From Candidatus Eiseniibacteriota bacterium (GTDB lineage Bacteria > Eisenbacteria > RBG-16-71-46 > CAVPCR01), in contig CAVPCR010000004.1 of the NCBI GenBank assembly GCA_963702435.1, positions 192,001-256,000 of the forward strand: a stretch of DNA of 64,000 nt. The letters are read 5' to 3'. Below, in pieces: positions 49,211-60,595 of the stretch; position 1 is the stretch's first letter; each line of letters opens with the position of its first letter. The notes beneath the pieces are model-generated. The model was not told where the DNA came from. It ran no database searches and worked only from the letters and a program-made list of their open reading frames with translations. The translations under genes and the position numbers were made by a program.

Positions 49211-52011
49211 CGCGGACCTCGTTGTCGAGGACGGTGCGGTCGAGGCCTGGCAGGCAGGAGTCCAAGAACTGGCCCGCCGAAAGGCAGCTCAGAAGGCCGA
49301 ACCGCCGGCCGAAGCGAGGAAGAAGATGACCGAAGCTGCCCGTAGTACCGGGCTCGACGAAGCGACGGTTGACATCGCGGAGGTCGATGTCGGGGAAATC
49401 AGTCGCTGGATGAAGGTGCTCCTCCCATCCGGGCAGGTCACCGAACTCCGTGCGCTGCAAGTCATGACCTCCGAGTGGCAACGCCCGCACACCGCGAGTG
49501 GCTACTTCAACGACCCCGGCAAGCTAGCCGTGAGCGCCGCCAGCCTTGTCAGCGCCAAGGGCATCTACGTCATCCCCAATCCGGTCAACCCGGCGCTCCT
49601 CGCTCGCTGCGTGAACCGGGTGCGGGGACTGCGTCAAGGTGACCCCACCACCTCGAACGCCGACATTGTCGCCCGGATGTGGCTCCTCTGCGACGTCGAT
49701 CCCAGACGACCGACTGGGATTTCAGCGACGGATGCGGAACACCAGGCGGCGCTCATCAAGGCGCAGGAGATCCGGGACACCCTCGCGGAGATCGACTGGC
49801 CGAGGCCGATCGTCGTCGACAGCGGCAACGGCGCACAGCTGCACTATCGTCTCGACCTCCCGTGTGACGACCATGGCCTCGTGGAGCGCGTGCTGACCGC
49901 GATCTCCTTTCGGTTCAACGACGATGTCGTCCAGATCGATACCAGCGTTCACAACGCGGCGCGCCTGGTAAAGCTCCCGGGGACCTGGGCGCGGAAGGGG
50001 GACCACACCGCGGAGCGGCCGCACCGGCTTGCCCACATTATCGAGATGCCTGAAGCACTTGAGGTCGTGCGGCTGGAGCTGCTGGAGGTGATGGCGGCCA
50101 CGGTTCCCACGGAGCCACGGACGACAGCGGGGGCTAAATCAGGGAAGCGACGGGCGGCCGGAGACGGCTCTTTCGACATCGACACGTGGATTCGGGAGCA
50201 CTGCGGCGATATTCACGGACCGTCCCCGTGGCAAGGCGGGCGCCGATGGGTGTTTTCCGTTTGCCCATGGAACCCCGAACACACGAATGGGAGCGCGTTC
50301 ATCCTGCAGCTTTCCAGCGGCGCGATCGCCGCCGGTTGCCTTCACAACGGATGCAGTGCCAAGAACTGGCACGATCTTCGAGAGATGCTCTCGCCCCGGG
50401 GCGGCCGGAGGATCGGTCATCCGGCAGACGGAGGTCGGCCAAAGGAAGCGCCGCAGGACTCGACAGGGCTGCCCAAGATCATCGTTCGAAACGAGTTCGA
50501 GGAGGTCATCCGTGAGGCAGAGGCCGCACTCCTCGATCACGATCGGGAGATCTTCGTCCGCGGCGGCGAGATCGTGCATGTGGTGCGTGATGCGGCCCAG
50601 AAGATCAAATGGCTCAAGCGGCCTCCCAACATCCCGACGATATCGTCCCTGAGCGTAGACAATCTTCGGTTCCACATGGATGCGGTAGCCCACTGGGTCA
50701 AGCTCGTGAAGGACAAGAGCACGGGTGGACTCGTAGAGGCCAACGCGCTCCCGCCCATCTGGGCCGCGCGCGCGCTGCACGGCCTCGGCATGTGGCCATT
50801 CTCACCGCTTGAGGCCGTGGTCGAAGTGCCAGTGCTTCGCCCGGACGGATCAGTGGTAGACAGCCCGGGCTACGACCCTTCAACCGGTCTCATCTACGTT
50901 CCCAACTTCGATCTGCCTGAAATCGGCAAGTCGCGGGATGAGGCGGTGGAAGCAGCTAAGCAACTCTCTGAAGTCGTCGCCGACTTTCCCTTCCGGAAGC
51001 CCGAGCACCAAGCGGCGTGGATCGCCGGTGTCCTCACCCCGATGGCCCGCTGGGCATATTCCGGACCGGCTCCCCTCTTCCTCATCGACGCCAACTGCGC
51101 CGGATCGGGCAAGGGTCTGCTCGCGCATGTGACGGGCCTCATCGCCACGGGGCGGACCATGGCCGTCATGGCCCCAGCGGGCGACGAGGAGATGCGGAAG
51201 CGCATCTTGGCCATCGCCCTGGCGGGGGACCGCCTGTCATTGATCGACAACGTTCGTGATGTCTTGGGCGGGTCGGCGCTCGACGCCATGCTCACGGCGA
51301 CCACGTGGCGCGATCGCTACCTGGGGATGACGAAGATGGCGCCGGAGGTGCCGCTCTATACGACCTGGTACGCGACCGGCAACAACGTTCAGCTCATCGG
51401 AGACACGGCTCGGCGAACGCTACACGTGAGGCTTGAGTCCCCCCTCGAAGAGCCCGAGAAGCGGACAGGCTTCAAGCACAAGGATCTCCTGAGCTGGGTC
51501 ACTGATGAGCGGCCCCGGTTAGCACGAGCGGCGCTCACGATCCTGCGGGCTTACCTATCGGCTGGATGCCCGGGGGCGGGGAAGCTGGCCACTTGGGGCT
51601 CGTACGAGGAGTGGTCGCGGATCGTGCGTGGCGCGGTCGTTCTGGGCGGACCTTCCCGACCCCTACGAGACGCGGCGGGAGTTGGTCACCCAGAGCGACC
51701 TCGGGAAGGCAACACTCGGGAAGCTACTGCAGGGACTCATGGGGATCGATCCCGACAACGCTGGCATCAGCCTGAGCACGATGGTGCGGCGCTTGGAAGA
51801 GGAGAAGGAGAGTCATGGTGCTCTCCGCGAAGCGCTGGTCGAGCTTGGGCACAAGCCGAACGGCGATCTCCGCGGCCTCGGGCGTCGTCTCGCGGGGTTC
51901 CGAGGCCGGGTGCTGGGCGGCATGGCGCTCGACCACAAAGAGGCGAAGAGCGGCGAAGGGGTGCTCTGGTGCGTGACCTGGGTTGGTGGTGCCCATGGTC
52001 AGCCCTTATGA
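49182..52011 (+). CDS. Primase-helicase replication protein (AEP/RepB-like N-terminus, P-loop C-terminus), frameshift near 51640
   Basis: WLLCDVD, DSGNG, RLVKLPGT; CPW..H..C.H..C Zn site; AGSGKG Walker A, LIDNV, ATGNN; C-terminus continues in ORF 51628-52011. Confidence 0.78.
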
Positions 52012-52127
52012 CTTTATTGACTTTAGTGACTCTGCTTCTCCGGGAGAAAGATCGAGTGAAAGGGAAGGGAGGAGGAGAAGGAGAATTGAGAGGGGGGCTT
52101 TCACTGTCACTTCTGTCAGTACAGTCA
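52009..52127. other. Candidate replication origin: two inverted sets of three 9-bp iterons
   Basis: TGAC at 52009, 52018, 52027; GTCA at 52106, 52115, 52124; purine-rich spacer. Confidence 0.65.
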
Positions 52128-52439
52128 TTCACCACGCCGAGCGGAGCGCCCTCGGCGTACCCCGGCGGCGTCCCCGCCGAGATGTGGCACGGGAGCGCGC
52201 TCCGGGTCGGGCGACGGCTGAAGGCGACCGGCAGACCCCTTCCAGAATCGCGTCCAGGCCTCAGGAGCCCCACGTACTTGCGCGAATCTGGAAGCGAACC
52301 GGGTCGCCCCTGCTCCGGGTATGGGTCGAGAGGATGCGTGTGCAGCATCGCGGCGACGGCGAGGCCGAGAGGGCACGGTGCCTGGTCGAGCATACGAAAC
52401 CGCAGCAGGGTGAGGGAGGTTCACGGCCGGCGGCCAAGG

Positions 52440-54177
52440 CTACCGGCGCAGCCCCCGGAGCATCCCCCCGCCGAGGCCACGCCCGAGCAGTGTCGATCCG
52501 CGGCCCGGCCAGCTCCGATAGGGCCAGCCGAAGGTGGAGTCCGCGAGCGGCCGCCGGAGATCGAGGACGCGTACTCGCGGGCCGCCGCTGTGCCGCGCCG
52601 CCATCCACGCGTAGGTGAATGCCAGGCTGAGGTGATCCTCGCCGGTGCGCACGTACTTGTAACGCTTCGCCCCGGTGTCTTGGTCCTCCTCCAGCACTTT
52701 GGCGTCGGCCGCCATGTGCCTGGCGAAGGTCTCCACGATGGGCACGCGGCGGGGGAGGGTGACCAGCTTCTCCCGGACGGCCGCCCGCGAGGCGTCGAGC
52801 GCCTCGGTGCGGTTCACCTGGACGGTCAGCGCGTCCCGGTCCCATCTCGCCTCGCCCCTGGATCTCATCGAAGAAGGACATGTAGACACGTCCTCGGTGC
52901 CGGTGGGCGAACTCGCGGGTGGCGTGGGTCTCGGGCAGCCCGTCGATGACGCAGCGGAAGACACGGAACCGCTTCATCGAGTCGTCCAGCTCGCCGAAGT
53001 CGTGGCAGACCGCGAGGTGGACGAGCCGGACCCGGCCGGGCCCGTAGTCGTCCTGGTCGCCGCTCTCCTGCTTGAGCACGACGACGTGGAACTGGCTTCC
53101 GGTGTCGATGCCCATCGAGTACGTCGCCACTTTCCTCGGCCTTCTCCTGGATCGGCTCCTCGCTGCAGAGGGCGAGCACGGTGGACATGTCCAGCCGCCG
53201 TTCGAGGTCCGCCCAGGGGATCCCGATCTTCAGGTTGTAGAAGCGGTCGGGGTAGCGGGTCGTCCGGTACTCCCTGAGGATCTCGCCGGGATCGACCTTG
53301 GACGAGAAGAGCTGCGAGATCCGGTAGCCGTGGATCGGGCGGTCGGGGAAGTCGGCCACCCACTCGCCGGCGTCGAGGTCGAGTTCCGCCGAGCACTTGG
53401 GGCAGGCGCGGTAGAAGGTGCCGTCGGGGCGCGGGAGGATGATCCGGACCTCCTCGCCGAGCTTCAGCGGGAACTCCTTGTCGAGCGCCGTCCAGGCGCC
53501 GCAGGCGGGGCACTTCAAGCGTCCAGTGCCGCTGGTCGGATTGCTGGTACTCTCGTCGATGCCGTAGTCGGGGAGCGACGGGTTCGACAGCTCGATGACC
53601 CGCTTGTAGTCCGAGTGCGCGAGGCGCTCCAGGGCCATCGCCTTGGCGGCCGGCGCGGCCTCGTCGAGCTCGTCGAAGACGACCATGTCGGCCGGGACCG
53701 ACTTCATCCCGACCGTCGACTGCATCCCCCGCAGGTAGAGATGCGCCTCGCCGATCCGCTTCAAACCCGCCGTGTCGGTGTCGGTCATCATCTTGGCGAG
53801 GAAGGGGTTGTCGGCCAGGAGCGGCGAGACCCGCGACTTCGAGAAGTCCAGCACATCGGTCCTGGTCGGGAAGAAGTAGATGACGTTGAGCCCGGTCAGG
53901 CAGGCGTGGATCGAGCGGAGGATCGCCCACGTCGTCCCGCCGATCTGCGCTGCCTTCTACAGCACGACGTGCGGCGACGTGTCGTCGTAGATCGCGCGCA
54001 GGTACTCGTGCCCCTCGAACCGGAACGGGACGCCGTCGAGACGGATCCGCTTGCAGCGCCCACGCGGCGAGCGGATCAGTGAACGACCGCGTCGCCGGCC
54101 TCGCCAGTTCCTCCGTCCTCCTCTTCAGGTAGTTGCAGCGAGGATCGCCTGGCGGATCCGCTCCCGCGTTTCCTCAT
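52440..54177 (-). pseudogene. Terminase large subunit, lambda GpA family; several frameshifts and one in-frame TAG
   Basis: KAAQIGGT Walker A, YFFPT, MVVFDELD Walker B, SNPS, CPACG..CPKC, MGIDTG and DHL nuclease motifs across ORFs 52865, 52261, 52440. Confidence 0.8.
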
Positions 54178-54649
54178 CCTTGACGTTCTCCTTCACCGCG
54201 TCGATGAACATGTCGATCAGGTGCCGGATCTCGGCCTGCGCCTCGGCCCGGATCGCCTCCTCGGTCTCGCCGGTGACCGAGATCCCCTTGGCCAGCCGCT
54301 GCCCCTTCTGCGCCCTGTCCAGGATCGCCGGAGACCCGCTCCAGGTCCCGGATGTCGAGCGTGCGCTTGGCCTTCAGGTCCTCCGCCAGCTTCATGACGA
54401 CCAGCTCCCAGATCCGGTAGTGCCGGACGTTCAGGGTGACGCGGTCGGTGGCGATCTTCTCGACGAACAGCTCCGCCGCGCGGCGGTCGATCTTCAAGCG
54501 GAGGCCATCCCAGTCTTCCTCCCGCCGCCAGCGGCCGATCGTGTGGGCTTGACCTTGAGCCGGGCGGCGATCTCGGCGTTCGTCGTGATCTCGCCGGTGA
54601 GGAAGAGCCGGCGGGCCTCCTCACGCATCTTGAGAAGTGCTCGTTTCAT
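54077..54649 (-). pseudogene. Terminase small subunit-like HTH protein (frameshifted)
   Basis: ARRLFLTGEITTNAEIAARLKVKP(H)TIGRWRREEDW HTH plus helical C-terminus, directly upstream of TerL. Confidence 0.55.
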
Positions 54650-55335
54650 CGGATCTCCATTCAGAAAGTCGCGGGCGAGGTTCGCGAGGCCCCGCGCCTT
54701 CCGGTCCCGGCCGGGCGTGCCGTCGCTCGCGAGTTCCACGGCCTGCTCGATCACCTGCTCCTGCTCGGGGGTGACGACGAAGGACATGACGCGGGGGAGG
54801 ACCTTCTCTTCCTCTTCGGCCTCCGCGTCGAGCAGGGCGGCGATCTCCTCGGCGGGGAACTCCAGGAGCGCGTGCAGCTCCTCGAGCTGCTTGTCGGTCT
54901 CGGGCAGGAGGCCGGCCAGGTCGTCGAGCGCTCATCTCGCCGAGGAGCTCATGGATCAGCTGCGCCCGGCGGATCGGCACGTCCTGGCCTTCGAGGCGGT
55001 TCAGGGTGGCGAGCAGCAGCTTGGCCTCCCGGTCGTCCACGTCCCAGACATCGCAGCGGGCTTCGCGTGAATCCGAGTTCGCGGAGGACCGCGACCCGGT
55101 GGTGGCCGTCGAGGACCTGGTACTTGCCCGGCTCCTCGGGGTGCGGGCGGACGACGAGGAACGGATAGCGGCCGGTGCGGTTGATGTGCGCCGCGAGCTT
55201 CTCCCGCAGGTCCTCGGGCATGACGTTGGCGTTGAGCGGGTGCGGCCGGAGGTCGTCCAGCGGGACCATCCGCGGCCCGATCCGCGCCTGAGGCGCCCGG
55301 TGTGCGCCCCAGGTGGCCTTCGTGTCGTCAGTCAC
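54650..55335 (-). pseudogene. ParB/Srx N-terminal domain protein (frameshifted)
   Basis: LRPHPLNAN, YQVLDGHHR, LNRLEG; RBS AAGGAG. Confidence 0.75.
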
Positions 55336-55622
55336 GGGGTCTTCTCCTTCGCGCGGGTTCGCACCCTTGACTTGCCGCCGCCTGCCAAGGGAACGTCGTC
55401 GCCATGAGCCAGCGGGATGACGACTCTCCCTTCACGGTCGAGGTCGAGGCCGGGTTCAGCGCCGAGGGCGTCTGGATCATCAAGGCGCGATCGTCCGCTA
55501 CCGGGATGGCGTGCCCGAACCCGACAGCAACCTCCTCGGCGAGGCCCGGCTCGCCCTCCTTGCTGCGATCGCCGAGGCCGGGCGCGAAGGCCGGAAGCTC
55601 GGCGCCACCGAGGCGCGCGTCT

Positions 55623-56728
55623 TCATGGACGACGGCCTCTCCATCCGTGTGATCGACCCCGGCGCCGGCCCGGTGACCCTGCACTGAGGGCCGGCCGGAA
55701 GAGCGGTGCCGCGGTATCCCACCCGACGACCAGGAACTCCCGGTTCGCTCGCCTTCTTCTCCGCGGTCGCCACCGCCGGCAGGTGCTGGTACCTGATCGC
55801 GATCGCCCGGGTCTCCCGGCCGAGGCGGGCCATCTTCGCCTCCAGTTCCTCGATCCCGACCACGGCGTTGCCGAGGCGAGAGGAGCCAGACCGGGATGTG
55901 CATGCGCCCGCTCGAAGAGCGTGTCGAGCATCGCGGCGCCGTCCCGCGCGGTGAAGGGACTGGTCGGGCGGGCCTGGCCCTCCAGGATCTCGTCGATGAC
56001 CTTGTACTCCCGCTCGTAGCTACATGACGCCGGGGTACGGCGGATCGAAGTAGGCGACGTCGGCCCGGATCTCGGGCAGCGTGTCGAGGACGCTCGCCTG
56101 GATGCACCCGCGCCTCGCCCTCGAAGACGCCGGCGTTGATCTGCTGTGCAAGCTCCCACAGCTTCTCGGGTCGGGTCAGCCGCAGGCCATCCAGTAGTGG
56201 TAGAACGCAGCTTTCTGTGATCGACTCGTACTCGCCGGCGTGGAAGCGGTGGATGGTGCCGGCGCGGACCTGCGACATCGGATGGGCAAGCAAGGCGACA
56301 CGGATCGCCAGGAGGCGCAGGAGCGCCGCCCTTGGCCTCGTCGCGCGAGTCTTGGCCACGACCAGGGCGCGGTCGAGAAGACGCGCCTGTGGGGCCGTGA
56401 ACGTGCTGGGGGCGTACTTCTGCTCGATCCGCCCGGGCGGGTCGTCCGTCGGCGCCGCGAGCCGGAGCACGTCCTCGCGCGTGAGGCGGACACGGGAGTT
56501 CTCGATGAGCGCCTTGCCGACGACGATCGCTCGCTCGGCGATGTCGGTGGCGACGACGCGGAAACCCTGCGCCTTGGCGTAGATGGAGACCGACCCGCCG
56601 CCGAGGAAGCCGTCGAGGAAGGTCAGCTCGCCACTCGCGCCTTGGCAACAAGCGGTCCACTTCGCGGAAGATGAGGGGACAAAGCGCGCGCTTTCCCGCC
56701 GAGGTACGGGGCAAAGGGCGGACCACAT
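55623..56728 (-). pseudogene. DNA adenine methyltransferase (frameshifted); 3' end approximate
   Basis: PYLGGK, FLDGFLGGGSVS (motif I), YFDPPY (motif IV). Confidence 0.78.
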
Positions 56729-56942
56729 CGCAAGCTTGCGGGTCCGCACGCCGCGCCGCGTGCTTTTTCGCATTGTTGGCCTTGACTCTCTGCTGCTCCG
56801 CAAGGCTCGATGGTGTTGCACGTCAGTCGTGGGGACTGACAGAAAGGAGCAGCGAAGATGTCATCGAAGCGTTCACCTGCGGATAACACCGCGAAGGCTC
56901 TCGTGTCAAGCAAGAGCAGCGACGACCGTGAAGGCAACGAGA

Positions 56943-57302
56943 ATGAAGACGACGGAGAAGGAGACGCGAGGGCGACGCCGCGAGTGCCGCGAGCAAGTCG
57001 AGGTGGCAGCGGGTCGACGGCGAGGCGCACCCCGATGGCGCGGCGGTGGATGCAGCGCGCGAGCAAGCACCGAAGCAGAAGCCGAAGCCAGCGCCGCCGC
57101 CGCCACGCTCGACGACGACAGCGGCGACCTGGTCGTCTTCGCCTTCAGGATGACCCGCGCCGAGCGCGAGGAGATCCACGACGCAGCCGGGCCGGCGAAG
57201 GCGAGCCGGTTCACACGGACGGTGGTCCTCGCCGCCGCGCGCGGCGACCTCGCCACGATCCAGACCGCGGTCAAGGAGACGCGGAAGGCGGCGGCGAGCT
57301 AG
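56943..57302 (+). CDS. Small divergent protein with possible ribbon-helix-helix C-terminus
   Basis: LVVFAFRMTRAEREEIHDAAG...ASRFTRTVVLAAA; N-terminal frame uncertain. Confidence 0.45.
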   Translation: MKTTEKETRGRRRECREQVEVAAGRRRGAPRWRGGGCSARASTEAEAEASAAAATLDDDSGDLVVFAFRMTRAEREEIHDAAGPAKASRFTRTVVLAAARGDLATIQTAVKETRKAAAS

Positions 57303-57324
57303 TCACCTCACCCCTCCGCCCGAG

Positions 57325-57358
57325 CGGCCCTCAGGTTCGCCTGAGGGTCGTCTCTCTT
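57325..57358 (+). terminator. Intrinsic terminator
   Basis: cggccctcagg-ttcg-cctgagggtcg followed by tctctctt. Confidence 0.7.
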
Positions 57359-57763
57359 GGAATGCTCGGGCCGCATGCCAGAGGGGAGCAAGCGGGGGGA
57401 TTATCAGGCCGCTGCGCCGGTGGTAGACTCATGGCGTCCCGGCTACCAATGGAGGGCTCCATCATGGTGGCGCGCAAGGCCGCCTTCGTTCTCGGCCTGC
57501 TTCTGGCCGTCCCCGTCCCTGCCCGCTCTGCGACGATCCGCGTCCCCGCCGATCAGCCGACGATTCAGACTGGGCTCGACGCCGCGGCGGTTGGAGATAC
57601 CGTACTCGTTGCGCCCGGTACTTACGCAGGTGCTGGCAACACCAACCTGACCTTTTCGGGAAGGGACATAGTCCTTCAGTCTGAGGCCGGTCAAGAGCAA
57701 ACAACCATTGACTGCGAAAATCGGGAGGGATCGTTCGGCGTTGCACCTAACGGGGAGACTCAA

Positions 57764-59303
57764 CCCTATCGTTGCATAACCTGAGCGAGGTTACGCCGCT
57801 TCGAGTGCTTCGAGGTAATGGGTGAGTTCATGGGCGACAGCGGGGTTGGCAGACATCGTGAGCGTGAGCGTCCCGCCGGGCGAGGTCAGACGACCGGCGC
57901 GCTGAATGATGCGACCACGAATCGTGTCCAGCTTGGCGAAGATCCAGCGCTGAGCCCGCTTCCGGGTGGTGCCGCGCTGCGGGTCCTGCGCAATCATCTG
58001 CAGCTCGCGGGTGAGATTGTGGCCGATGATCGCGGCCATCATGAAGATCTGGTTCCCGACCAGACGCCGGGTCGGGATGTAGTCCATCTGCTGCATGGAC
58101 TTGAGCTCGCCGAACACGCTCTCCTGGGCGCCGCGGCCGTTGTGGAACCCGAGCACGGTTCCCGCGCGCTCGCTCTTGTTCGTGATCACCACCTTGTACG
58201 AGAACTGGTGCTCGACCGGATAGAAGATGTCGAGCTGCAAGGGTCCGCGCCGCGGTTTCTTCTCGAGCTGCCGATACACCACGATGCGGAAGCGGTAGTC
58301 CCAGCTCTTCGGCGTCCACGGCAGCTCGAAGTAGGCCCAGGTCGCATCGATGGCCTGCCAACGGCTCCGGTTCTCGATGGCCGCCTTGAGATCCACGAAG
58401 CGCTCGAAGGGCACGCTGATCGTGAACTCGATGCGGAGCCCAGCCAGTCCGAGGCAGGTTTCCTCGCTGAAATGCGCCGCATCGAGCCGTGCCTCGAGTC
58501 GGGTCTGCGGGCAGCGCTGCCGCGCTGTCGCCATCACCTCTTCGATCAGCTCCCAGGCGCCGTTGGAGTCATGCACGTTCCCGGGCCGGTGGAGTACCTC
58601 GAGAACCTGGCCGGTCTGGGCCACGGTGGCGAAGAAGGGGTAGTAGCTGCGCTCGCCCCTCGCCTTGTTGTAGCCGATGGCCGTCCCCTCGGTCGCTCGA
58701 CTCTTGGTCGACTCGACCGAGCCGTCGAAGTCGAAGGTCAGGGTCGTGAAGCGCTCATAGGTCAAGCGGTCCCACACCAGCTCTCGGCTGAGATCTCTGA
58801 GCTTTTCGTAGACCCGGGCATCCATCTCACGCAGTCGTCGGCTCACCGTCGACACATCGGGCATCCGCCGCCAGCCGAGGCAGCGGAGCACCAGGGGGTC
58901 GTCACGATAGAAGTCCATCCCCCGCAGGCGGCGGTAGCCGAGGAGGAGATGCACGACGAGGAGCAGCGCGATGCGATGGGGGTCATAGGCACCGCCGCGG
59001 GGCAGGTGGTCGAAGCAGCGCCGCAGCCGGCCGGCGAGGTCGAGGCGCTGGAAGAGCTTCTGATAGACGATGATCCCGGCGAAGGAACTGAGCTGTTGAT
59101 CCTCGAACCGGAGTCGGGGTATGCTGCGGGCTGAGCTTCGAACGGACGCTTTCGAGAGCTTCACTTTTTGTGGCCTCCCCGTGGTTGGGAAAGAAGTCGT
59201 TCAACTCCTCACTAACCACGTCGGAGGCCCTTCTTTCAAGCACAATCTGCATGTCGCCCGCCGATTTCTACGAGATCACTCAGGTTCTTATGCAACTGCC
59301 GGG
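57764..59303 (-). mobile_element. IS1380-family insertion sequence, 1540 bp
   Basis: TIRs CCCnnnnGTTGCATAA at both ends; TSD TCAA at 57760-57763 and 59304-59307. Confidence 0.9.
57791..59164 (-). CDS. IS1380 family DDE transposase
   Basis: LRFEDQQLSSFAG, PDVSTVSRRL, TFDFDGSV, RPGNVHDS, RLDAAHF, HNGRGAQESVFGELK. Confidence 0.9.
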   Translation of the reverse strand: MKLSKASVRSSARSIPRLRFEDQQLSSFAGIIVYQKLFQRLDLAGRLRRCFDHLPRGGAYDPHRIALLLVVHLLLGYRRLRGMDFYRDDPLVLRCLGWRRMPDVSTVSRRLREMDARVYEKLRDLSRELVWDRLTYERFTTLTFDFDGSVESTKSRATEGTAIGYNKARGERSYYPFFATVAQTGQVLEVLHRPGNVHDSNGAWELIEEVMATARQRCPQTRLEARLDAAHFSEETCLGLAGLRIEFTISVPFERFVDLKAAIENRSRWQAIDATWAYFELPWTPKSWDYRFRIVVYRQLEKKPRRGPLQLDIFYPVEHQFSYKVVITNKSERAGTVLGFHNGRGAQESVFGELKSMQQMDYIPTRRLVGNQIFMMAAIIGHNLTRELQMIAQDPQRGTTRKRAQRWIFAKLDTIRGRIIQRAGRLTSPGGTLTLTMSANPAVAHELTHYLEALEAA

Positions 59304-60595
59304 TCAAGCCGCCGTCTTTCGGGGATTCACTATTCGTGGCGCACGGTCCGGGGCAATCCTGTGCACAAGATCTTCCACGATCTTGGACTGCACCCTCATA
59401 TCCTGTGTTGGCGAAGGTGGCGGCATCGGTTGTTATTATGGAGCTTCTCCAACGATCATCCGCTGCTTTTTCTCTGGGAATGGGGGGTCGGGGCTCTACG
59501 CTGAAAGTCGCAGCAGACCCTCCGTGACCGACTGCGTTTTCAGGAACAACTACGCAGCAAGAGGTGGCGCCATTTTCTTTCGCGGTGCATTCGGGACGGT
59601 TTCGCATTGCACGTTTTCTGACAACTCGGCAGATTCCGGTGGTGCTATCGCTACGGATTTTTCCTCTCCGGTGCTCAGCGACTGCACGTTCTCCGGAAAC
59701 GTAGCCACAGGAACCTACGGCGGGGGAGCCGCCTGCTGCTTGAATTCATCATCGGTTGGATTCATGAACTGTTCCTTCTCCGGCAATCAGGCGGAACCTG
59801 GAGCAGGCGGAGCGGTCGCGGTTTCCACATCCTATGTGACGATCGATAACAGTCTCTTCTCGACGAACGCAGCCGGGATCGGCGCTGGCATTGCGTGTTC
59901 TAGCCAAGGCTGGGTTTCAGTAAGGAGCTGTACGTTCCACGGCAACTCCGCCACTGGTGGTGCGGGGGTTGCCGTCGTCGGAAGCTCCACTGTCACCATT
60001 GAAAACACGATCATCGCTGGGAGTTCGCGGGGGAACGCTGTTCTTCTTGGAAACGACAGCAGCGCTTTCCTGACATGCAGCGATCTCTTCGGGAATCTCG
60101 GAGGGGATTGGACGGGGGGAATCGCCGGCCAGCTCGGCACTGGAGGAAACCTCCGAGCGGATCCGATGTTCTGCGATGCGGGGGGCGGTGACTTCACGCT
60201 CAACGCCCAGTCCCCCTGTGCTCCTGCCAACTCCCCTGCGGGCTGCGACCTGATCGGAGCCCTGCCGGTTGGCTGTGGCGTAACCGACGTTGCGACCGAC
60301 GATGCGCCCCCTGCTGAACCTCGCCTGATCGTGACTCCAAACCCCGTGCGCGGCGCCGCCGAGTTCGCCTTCCCAGGCGTGGGCGTGCGCGTGCTCGCCA
60401 TCTTCAACTCGCGCGGACGACTGATCGAGCGGCTGATCGGGATCGATGGCCGATGGGCCTGGACGCCGGGCGCGTCGGCGCCGGCGGGCGTCTACTTCGC
60501 GCGACTGGAGGGCGGCGGCACGGCCAGGCAGGCGGTCAAGTTTCTATACCTGCGGTGAGGTGGACGGGCACCTACGGCCACGGAGGGGCCATGCC

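Larger units (their letters stand above)
45982..57360. mobile_element. Integrated satellite-like element core (right boundary not located; may extend past the window)
   Basis: Recombinase, Xis, primase-helicase, origin, TerL, TerS, ParB, MTase; parts have lower GC than the host genes. Confidence 0.75.
57464..60558 (+). pseudogene. Secreted beta-helix repeat protein with FlgD-like C-terminus, interrupted by IS1380
   Basis: Removing the IS and one TSD copy restores an in-frame ...NGETQ|AAVFRGFTI..., matching paralog 25456-26751 (DGETGAAVVDGFTI). Confidence 0.85.

Noticed and set aside
49101..52949. 1282-aa primase ORF as listed in the track
   Set aside because: The portion after about 51640 is out-of-frame read-through; the real C-terminus is in ORF 51628-52011.
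54494..54787. Apparent ParB-TerS fusion
   Set aside because: Cannot be separated from an indel artefact given the local frameshift density.
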